This document shows, one piece after another, positions 46,593 through 53,361 of a stretch of 53,361 nt of DNA. Position numbers and translations under genes: made by a program. Numbering within the stretch: the stretch's first letter is position 1; the number at the start of each line of letters is the position of its first letter. This stretch comes from Promethearchaeota archaeon (GTDB taxonomy: Archaea; Asgardarchaeota; Lokiarchaeia; Sigyniarchaeales; SOKP01), in NCBI GenBank assembly GCA_030615235.1, contig JAUWZR010000002.1, positions 1 to 53,361 of the forward strand. The letters run 5' to 3'. The notes under the pieces are model-generated. The model was not told where the DNA came from. It saw only the letters and a program-made list of their open reading frames with translations, and searched no databases.

Positions 46593-47645
46593 TTATTTAG
46601 TATTTTTCACATCTTTAATGACTTCATATGTTCTATGTAAAAGCTCATAGGCAACTTGAGGAGGATTCCATCCTTTAAGGCCACAATCAGGTCCTACGAA
46701 TTTAACTCGATCACCATAGTGTTCGAGAGCAAATAACAGATTTTTTTTGATGAATTCTTTTGAATCAATCAAGGACATAGTTCCTTCAAATGTTTTGAGT
46801 TCATCAAGTGGAGTTCCCGCATCCAATTTCTCAGCCATAATACTATTAATATTCGTTCTCGTGATACCAACACGTATGAACTTATCAAATTTTTCTAAGT
46901 CATTTTTTGGAATAATATTAGTATGATCAGAAGCATATTCACACGTGAGCACATCGACATTTTCTGATTGAATAGGAATTGAGTATTTTTTTAAAGTATG
47001 AAGGTGGATTTGGACAAGAGCGTCTATCCCTTCTACCGTTTTATCAAATGATTTAATCAGGGCATCTTCTTCAATATTAAACATGTCAACATATCCAAAT
47101 GAAGGTTCATCAATCGAGATTATGGAATTTTGAAGATATTTAGTGTTCTTTATTGATTTTTTCAATATTCTGTTTAAAGACCGTGCAAAATTGAATACAA
47201 TATCGGGATATAAAGTAAAACCATGTTTTTTTATGTATAATTCTATGGGTCCAGTAATACATACTTTTATTTTAAGAGCATTTCCAGTTCTTTCATAATA
47301 ATCTTTCGCAAAAGATTCTAATATAAAGAGCTCTGGAATAATACCTTTTTCAGAATCAATCAAAGATGGCTCTACTTCATAATCTTCAATAGGTTTCAAA
47401 AATTGGGTATACATGTCCATATGTTGGGGATAATTTATTATCTCTACTCCGGCGTTTAGTTTTAACTGAAACGATTGGAGAAATGGATGGATGAAAAAAT
47501 TATAAATTCCTCTATTCTCAAAAATATCTGCGTTATTAATAATTCCCTTGTATCCTACCCAATAAAATTGGTTGAATTTGTCAAGATCAACATAATCAGG
47601 TAATGGAAAACTACCAACATCATCAAATTTTGGAAATTCTATCAT
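46593..47645 (-). CDS. MetE-like (cobalamin-independent methionine synthase family, catalytic domain) methyltransferase
   Basis: ISIDEPSFGY and VGPDCGLKGW resemble the IDEPAL and PDCGLK motifs of Meth_synt_2 proteins. Size is about 350 aa, as in archaeal short MetE homologs. Confidence 0.55.
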   Translation of the reverse strand: MIEFPKFDDVGSFPLPDYVDLDKFNQFYWVGYKGIINNADIFENRGIYNFFIHPFLQSFQLKLNAGVEIINYPQHMDMYTQFLKPIEDYEVEPSLIDSEKGIIPELFILESFAKDYYERTGNALKIKVCITGPIELYIKKHGFTLYPDIVFNFARSLNRILKKSIKNTKYLQNSIISIDEPSFGYVDMFNIEEDALIKSFDKTVEGIDALVQIHLHTLKKYSIPIQSENVDVLTCEYASDHTNIIPKNDLEKFDKFIRVGITRTNINSIMAEKLDAGTPLDELKTFEGTMSLIDSKEFIKKNLLFALEHYGDRVKFVGPDCGLKGWNPPQVAYELLHRTYEVIKDVKNTK

Positions 47646-47712
47646 TAAAAATCAAGCAAAAACAAACACTAATATCGTTAATCATAAATAATCTGTTATA
47701 ACAGATATATTT

Positions 47713-48771
47713 ATGGAACATGAGTTAATTAGTAAACAAATAAAAAGAAAGAAAAAACAACAAATTGCCGAATTAGCGTTAGCTGCGAAAACTGCTAAGG
47801 AGAGAGGTGGTAAGCCATTTATATTTCACTTTCTTACAACTTTAAAATGTAATTGCGATTGTGAAACTTGTCTTTGGAAAAATAATACGAAAAAAGATGA
47901 ACTATCACTTGAAGAAATTAAAAAAATATATTTAGAAGCAGTGGAAGAGGGATTTCTAGTTACTATTCTTTGGGGAGGAGAACCTCTCATTAGAAAAGAT
48001 ATTACTGAAATTATTAAATTTGTTAAAAGGGAGTTAAAGTTTACAATTGTTGGAATAGTTACGAATGGCTGGTTCCTTCCAGATAAAATCAAAGAATTTG
48101 GAAATGACATAGATTTTATTCTTATATCTCTGGACTCCCCTAGGCCAGAAGAACATGATCAGATTAGAGCGTTGCCTGGATTGTATGATAAAATAATGAA
48201 TTCTGTTACTATTGTTAAAGAAAGCTATCCATTGATTTCACTTCAATTTAGTTTTTCAATTAGTAAATATAATATAAATCGCGTTGAGGAAATGATAATT
48301 TTATCAGATAAAATTGGAATTCCCGTAGCTTTTAATGTAATAAATACTGTCCGCCATTATTCACATGGTGATGTAGATGAGAAAGGCATGCATTCTGCTA
48401 ATGAAAAAGATGTTAGTAAAGCATTTGAAAGAATTTTAGAAGCTAAGAAGAACGGTGCGAAAGTGCTAAATTCAGAAATGTATTTAAACCATTTTATTGG
48501 TGGTAAAAAGCAATACATATGCCACGCAAAAAAAGTTTTCATGTTTGTAAACTATAATGGAGACATTGAAAATTGTCTTCAGATTGATAAACCTATAGCT
48601 AATTTACGACAAACAACTGTTAGTGAAGTACTGCAACTTCCTCAATTTATTAAATTTATTAAAGAGAGCGAGAAATGTTATAGCTGTAATTCTCCCACAA
48701 TGATCGACACAAGTTATTTATGGGATGATATAAGATTGTTAACAAAATCAGGAGGTATATCATTTGGTTAG
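47713..48771 (+). CDS. Radical SAM protein with a C-terminal Cys-containing (SPASM-like) region
   Basis: CxxxCxxC cluster LKCNCDCETCLW, the GGEPL motif (WGGEPLIRKD), and C-terminal Cys residues (CHAKK...ENCL...CYSCNSP). Confidence 0.7.
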   Translation: MEHELISKQIKRKKKQQIAELALAAKTAKERGGKPFIFHFLTTLKCNCDCETCLWKNNTKKDELSLEEIKKIYLEAVEEGFLVTILWGGEPLIRKDITEIIKFVKRELKFTIVGIVTNGWFLPDKIKEFGNDIDFILISLDSPRPEEHDQIRALPGLYDKIMNSVTIVKESYPLISLQFSFSISKYNINRVEEMIILSDKIGIPVAFNVINTVRHYSHGDVDEKGMHSANEKDVSKAFERILEAKKNGAKVLNSEMYLNHFIGGKKQYICHAKKVFMFVNYNGDIENCLQIDKPIANLRQTTVSEVLQLPQFIKFIKESEKCYSCNSPTMIDTSYLWDDIRLLTKSGGISFG

Positions 48772-48787
48772 ATTTTTTTTATCTTAT

Positions 48788-50668
48788 CTAATAGTATTTC
48801 TCTATCAAAAAATCTATCTCCTCCTCCACTAAATCAAATAGTATAAAAAATAATATGTCTATTATCCTTCTGGGGGGGGTTTCATTTCGTATTTGAGAAT
48901 AAGTATTGGGGGATATTTCCCTTAATTTATCTAATTTTGTTTCATCTACGGAAACAATATTGTGAATTATAGTTGAAGTGAAATATCGAATTAAATCAAT
49001 TATTATTAATTGATATTTAGATCGAAATAGTGTAATATTAGGGATTGGTATTTCTTCTTCTAATTTAGTCTTGCTTCTCTTTATCATAATATTTTTTGCC
49101 TTAAATAAAAATTTCACAATTTTTGAATTAAGATAAGCAAGAAAAAATAAGTAATCTATGTCGTTCTTCCCTTCCCTTAACCATAAGAAATAAGTATCAG
49201 AGGTGGCATAATATGGATCTTTAGTATATCCAAACACATTTGATTTGGATATATAACTAAAAAATATTTTAGGTTCCTTATCATAGTAAGGTTCGAGATT
49301 AATTAATTTTCTTTTATGTCCAGTATCATACTGAGTAATAAAACTCCCTCTTCGTGGAAAATATATGTTTTTAATATTTTCTTTGGCATTCCTAAGTATA
49401 TTTTCAAGTTCTCCTTTGGATTGGTTTAAATATGCTGTTAGATTAGGATATTTCTTCTGTATAAGTTCATTACGTATTGTTAAGTTTTGATTTTTAAATT
49501 CATTTTTATCAAGATAGATTAAATACCCGGAAAAATCATTTTTGTCATAATTGAAAGGTTGTATGACTTTACTTTTATATATTTTTTTTAATTTTTGTTT
49601 CTCTCCATCGTGTAGTTTTATGAAATCATCGTAGATCTTGATAAATATGTCCGAATCTACAATTTTGAGGTTATTATTCTCTTTTAATATAAAAACATCA
49701 TCTTTAATCAGAATTAATCCATTTCTAATGACAAAAAAATCAATTAAATTTGATATAACCCCCTTAAACCTGCAGTGTTTCTCAATCTTTTCAACAACAT
49801 TTTTTACATCAAGAGGATACTTTAAAATCCAGCCGCTATTTTTAGATAGGTCTTTATTTGTCATTGCTGATTGGTATTTTAACAAATGTGGGGAATTTTC
49901 TTTATTTAATATATCTGTAAAGATCTTTTCGGGTGGTTTTTCATTAAATTGGTTATTACAAGGTTTAACTTGAATTATATCAATTTTCTTATCGATTTTT
50001 TTTTGTTTTTCTTCCTTATTCTTTTTTTGAAGTACAAAAATACAATTATGTTGACCTTTAGCATCTTTAAAAACTTTAATTCTTGATAAATCAATATAAT
50101 GTATCATGAAGCAATCGTTTGTAACGTGAGGTTTAAGATACTTTATCCCTGTCTTTTTTGATTTAGTTAACCAGTAATTAGTTGTGATAAAAGATAATAA
50201 CCCACCCGGTTTTAATTTTTCTATTCCTAAATGAATGAAAAAATAAAATAAATCCATATTTCCAACGAAATATTTTTTACAAATCGAATAGTTCTTTACA
50301 AGCTCTTGAAAAATTTGAGCGTTATAGTTTTGTCCTAAATAAGGTGGATTTCCTATAATGATATCAAATTTTTCGTTAACGCTTGATCCTAAGAAATTCT
50401 CAAATTTAAACTCTACATTCGGATAAATTTTTATAAGAGGAGTTTTTAAATTTTGATCTAATTCATAGGCAGTAATATCAGTAAATCCTTCACCTATTAG
50501 ATAATTAAGAAAGATTCCTTTACCTGCACTAGGTTCGAGAATTTTAATCTTATCAATGGTAAACTCATTATGTGTGGAAAAATAATGTTGTTTAATGTTT
50601 TTAACCATAAACTCCGCTATATAATCAGGGGTAAAAATTTGGCTTAATCGATTTTTATTCAAAACCAT
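48788..50668 (-). CDS. Gamma-class N6-adenine DNA methyltransferase (Eco57I/TaqI-like) with a C-terminal target-recognition region
   Basis: FTPDYIAEFMV (motif X), ILEPSAGKGIF (motif I) and IIIGNPPYLG (motif IV, NPPY). I recognised no nuclease domain or partner gene. Confidence 0.75.
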   Translation of the reverse strand: MVLNKNRLSQIFTPDYIAEFMVKNIKQHYFSTHNEFTIDKIKILEPSAGKGIFLNYLIGEGFTDITAYELDQNLKTPLIKIYPNVEFKFENFLGSSVNEKFDIIIGNPPYLGQNYNAQIFQELVKNYSICKKYFVGNMDLFYFFIHLGIEKLKPGGLLSFITTNYWLTKSKKTGIKYLKPHVTNDCFMIHYIDLSRIKVFKDAKGQHNCIFVLQKKNKEEKQKKIDKKIDIIQVKPCNNQFNEKPPEKIFTDILNKENSPHLLKYQSAMTNKDLSKNSGWILKYPLDVKNVVEKIEKHCRFKGVISNLIDFFVIRNGLILIKDDVFILKENNNLKIVDSDIFIKIYDDFIKLHDGEKQKLKKIYKSKVIQPFNYDKNDFSGYLIYLDKNEFKNQNLTIRNELIQKKYPNLTAYLNQSKGELENILRNAKENIKNIYFPRRGSFITQYDTGHKRKLINLEPYYDKEPKIFFSYISKSNVFGYTKDPYYATSDTYFLWLREGKNDIDYLFFLAYLNSKIVKFLFKAKNIMIKRSKTKLEEEIPIPNITLFRSKYQLIIIDLIRYFTSTIIHNIVSVDETKLDKLREISPNTYSQIRNETPPRRIIDILFFILFDLVEEEIDFLIEKYY

Positions 50669-50767
50669 TATTTTCTAGATTGTTGAAAGAAGCTAAATAT
50701 TTGTAGTTTTCAATTAGATTTAATTATCGTTATAGAAAAAATGATGAAAAAGAAAATTGTTTTAATG

Positions 50768-52288
50768 CTAGTGTTGATGTTCGTGGCCGTGAGATTTAAT
50801 ATTTACGGGTCGCATTTTGCCAATTGCCCAACCAGCCACCTCATTAAGAGAGGGATGAATTACCATCGATTTATAAACTGGCATAAAAGAACCTGCCTCA
50901 GGACAAGCTCTGCCTAACTTATTAGCTCCCGTTCTTGCGGGAAAATCGGGAGAATCACATGTATAGCCAGCATTCATTAAATATACAAAGGGTTGAACAA
51001 GTATCGCAGCATGAGGTCCAACCGCATGTGCACCTAATAATTTATAGGATTTATCGATGACTAGTTTAACAAAACCATCATCTACATCGTTGTTTTCATA
51101 GCCCATCGCAAACCCTTTCGCTACTGCTGAGTAATTATTTACAGCAACGAATATTTCGTGACCCTTTTCTATAGCTTCTTTTTGGGTCATACCCACATGT
51201 CCTATTTGAGGTGATGTAAAAATAGCCCAAGGTATTACTGAATAATCAGCTTCCTTTTTTTCGCTTTCAGGACCAAAAATGTTGTTAGCACAAAGATCTG
51301 CTTCATAGTTGGCTTTGTGTCTAAATTGATAAAGACCGTTAGCGTCTCCAAAACACCAAATATTCGGTTTTGTAGTTTCTAAGTATTTGTTAGTTTTAAT
51401 CCACCCTTTTTCATTAGTTTCAACTCCAGTCTTCTCGACCGCTAATAAATCAGCATTAGAACGACGTCCCGCAGCAATTAAAATTTCTTCGGCTTGTAAT
51501 TCAATTTCTTTTCCACTATCTACATTTTGAACTGTAACTGTTTTGAATTTCTTTTTTGAACCTACTTTAATCGCCTTGTGGTTTACTAACACAGTCATAT
51601 TTTTCTTAAAATTACGCTCCAAGAATTCGCTTATTTCTGGTTCCTCCGTCATAACTAAGCGTGGTAACATCTCTACAATAGTTACTTTCGTGCCAAACGC
51701 AGAAAAAATATGAGCAAATTCCGCGGCTATCACTCCCCCCCCAATTATAATTAGACTTTCCCACGGCTTATTAGGAAATTTATCACCGAAGAAATTTTCG
51801 TTTGTTATGTATTCTATTTCGTCTAATCCTTGTATAGGAGGAATAAAAGAACGAGCGCCAGAGGCTAACACAAATTTATCTCCTGTAAAATGACCGATAA
51901 TTTCTTCAGACCCTACAGATTTAACTTGCATTTCATAATCTCCAATAAATTCACCTACTCCTTTATAAAGTTTCAAGTTTGGAACGTGCGATAGTCCCTC
52001 TTCCATTTGTTTGCTTTCATCTATTTGACTCCACATTCTTTTAGCAATTAAATCCCAATCAATACCTTCAACACTAAATTTTATCCCTACCTTAGTGGCA
52101 TGCTCTGCTTCTCTTATTAAATCTGCGGGGTGAACCAATACTTTTGAGGGAATACAACCACGAGTTAAGCATGTAGCTCCAAGTTTCGTGTCTTCAACTA
52201 GAGCGCACTTTAATCCCATTTGAAGTCCATAGTTAAGGACGTTTAGCCCCGCTCCAGATCCAACAACTACTAAATCATATTTCTCCAT
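50768..52288 (-). CDS. Pyridine nucleotide-disulfide oxidoreductase, dihydrolipoyl dehydrogenase family
   Basis: YDLVVVGSGAGL (FAD), GATCLTRGCIPSK (redox-active CxxxxC), IIGGGVIAAEFA (NAD) and HPSLNE (C-terminal His-Glu). His-rich tail KSHGHEHQH. Confidence 0.75.
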   Translation of the reverse strand: MEKYDLVVVGSGAGLNVLNYGLQMGLKCALVEDTKLGATCLTRGCIPSKVLVHPADLIREAEHATKVGIKFSVEGIDWDLIAKRMWSQIDESKQMEEGLSHVPNLKLYKGVGEFIGDYEMQVKSVGSEEIIGHFTGDKFVLASGARSFIPPIQGLDEIEYITNENFFGDKFPNKPWESLIIIGGGVIAAEFAHIFSAFGTKVTIVEMLPRLVMTEEPEISEFLERNFKKNMTVLVNHKAIKVGSKKKFKTVTVQNVDSGKEIELQAEEILIAAGRRSNADLLAVEKTGVETNEKGWIKTNKYLETTKPNIWCFGDANGLYQFRHKANYEADLCANNIFGPESEKKEADYSVIPWAIFTSPQIGHVGMTQKEAIEKGHEIFVAVNNYSAVAKGFAMGYENNDVDDGFVKLVIDKSYKLLGAHAVGPHAAILVQPFVYLMNAGYTCDSPDFPARTGANKLGRACPEAGSFMPVYKSMVIHPSLNEVAGWAIGKMRPVNIKSHGHEHQH

Positions 52289-52382
52289 AAATTCAATTCT
52301 ACATCTATCATTTTTAAAGTTTCTATTAATGATTTAAAAAAATTTTAAATAGATCTTCTCTGATACACTAGATTTAAATTTC

Positions 52383-53361
52383 TTATGCTTCAGGTATTAA
52401 AAAAATAAAATTACTTCCTTTTTCAAAATCTCCTTTAAATCTATCTTCAACCCATATCTTTCCATTATAACTATTTATTATTTTCTTCACGAGCGATAGT
52501 CCTAAACCCATTCCTTCTGCTTTCTTCTTTATGTCTTTTCCTCTTACAAAAATTGTACTTTTTCTTTCGTCCCTAATCCCACGACCATTGTCCTTAAATT
52601 CAAATTTTATTGATTTTTCGTTGTTCTTATAAAATTTTGAAGTTTTTATATGAATCTCAACATTAGAGTTGTTATTATGTCTTATAGAATTAATTAGGAG
52701 ATTTTCAAATACATCCAGTAAGAGATCATTGGCAGTAACATATAATTCAATCTCTCCGAAATCAGTATCAATTTGAATGTATTTACTTTGGAAACTTCGC
52801 TTAATGTATTTAATAGCTTCCTCTAAAAGATCATTAATGTTAATCTTTTTGAGAGACGCTTCAGAATCGTCAATCTTTGACAGTTTGTCGACATTAGAAA
52901 CTAATTTAACTCCTCTCGCTATTTGGTCATTGATGATCTCATGTAACTCCTTGACTTTATTTAAATTTTCAGAAGAATTGACATAAAGTGAGCTTAATTC
53001 TTGTGCAGATTTGATCACTTGAAAAATATTATTGACATCGTGAGCTACTAAATAGCTATAAAGACTAGCTCTTTCGTAAGCTTCACGATATTTTTCTTCT
53101 GATACTTTCAAATTCTCTTCAGCAATTTTCCTATCAGTTATGTCAATATGATATGCGGTAAAATATCTTGGCAATCCTTGTTCATCAAAAATAGTGTTGA
53201 TTGTTAAGATAACATTGATAAAATTTCCATTTTTTCTTTTGTTTATTATTTCACCACGCCAAAAACCAATTTTAGGGTCTAAAATTACCTCCCACATTTT
53301 TACAAAAAAATCTAAACTCATTTTACCAGAATTTAAGACCCTAGGATTTTCCCCAATAGCG
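52383..53361 (-). CDS. PAS histidine kinase; the 5' end runs off the window
   Basis: The frame stays open upstream of Met 53321 (AIGENPRVLNSGK-MSLDFFVKMWEVI..., the middle of a PAS domain). H-box SYLVAHDVNNIFQVI. HATPase_c motifs VFENLLINSIRHN, FKDNGRGIRD and GMGLGLSLVKKIINSYNGKIWVEDRFKGDFEKGSNF. Confidence 0.85.
   Translation of the reverse strand, partial: AIGENPRVLNSGKMSLDFFVKMWEVILDPKIGFWRGEIINKRKNGNFINVILTINTIFDEQGLPRYFTAYHIDITDRKIAEENLKVSEEKYREAYERASLYSYLVAHDVNNIFQVIKSAQELSSLYVNSSENLNKVKELHEIINDQIARGVKLVSNVDKLSKIDDSEASLKKININDLLEEAIKYIKRSFQSKYIQIDTDFGEIELYVTANDLLLDVFENLLINSIRHNNNSNVEIHIKTSKFYKNNEKSIKFEFKDNGRGIRDERKSTIFVRGKDIKKKAEGMGLGLSLVKKIINSYNGKIWVEDRFKGDFEKGSNFIFLIPEA

Overview
This is a very AT-rich archaeal chromosomal segment. 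Archaeal markers are CdhD of the CODH/acetyl-CoA synthase complex, a Cdc48/VCP AAA+ ATPase, archaemetzincin, and a tRNA-Pro without an encoded CCA. The MglA-like small GTPase, the NLR-like LRR giant and the many PAS kinases suggest an Asgard (Lokiarchaeia-like) genome, but that is inference only.

Housekeeping content:
- Lysine (DAP) pathway genes dapF-lysA and dapB-dapA.
- A polyferredoxin, a MetE-like methyltransferase, a radical SAM enzyme and a Lpd-family flavoprotein.
- A tightly spaced Hsp20-like/Cdc48/wHTH/HExxH gene string.

Two accessory cassettes stand out:
1. Cassette 1 (1.2-5.4 kb) is a tightly packed stressosome-type operon: RsbR-RsbS-RsbT-[HATPase-PP2C], a soluble histidine kinase and a receiver. 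The RsbR sensor carries a recent tandem duplication of a Cys-rich PAS-like domain.
2. Cassette 2 (about 17.7-31.1 kb) is a co-oriented, widely spaced island that looks like a conflict or defence island. It encodes a caspase/CHAT-like-NACHT-LRR (NLR-architecture) protein of 1626 aa. Its other products are a metallophosphoesterase with about 16 TPRs, a putative TFIIB-cyclin-like repeat protein ending in a RecB/Cas4-type PD-(D/E)xK nuclease, a Cys-rich zinc-ribbon protein and a protein with a HEPN-type RNxxxH motif.

Each cassette lies directly upstream of an intact minus-strand gene (cdhD, polyferredoxin). Each is bounded on its far side by a decayed copy of that gene's 5' end whose start codon is lost. 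This looks like an insertion or duplication scar. I recognised no integrase or transposase.

Other observations are a giant multi-PAS/GAF histidine kinase split by a one-base frameshift in a T run, three paralogous kinase cores, a solitary gamma-class N6-adenine methyltransferase, and several gene fragments at 5.47-5.85 kb. I saw no rRNA genes, CRISPR array or transposase.
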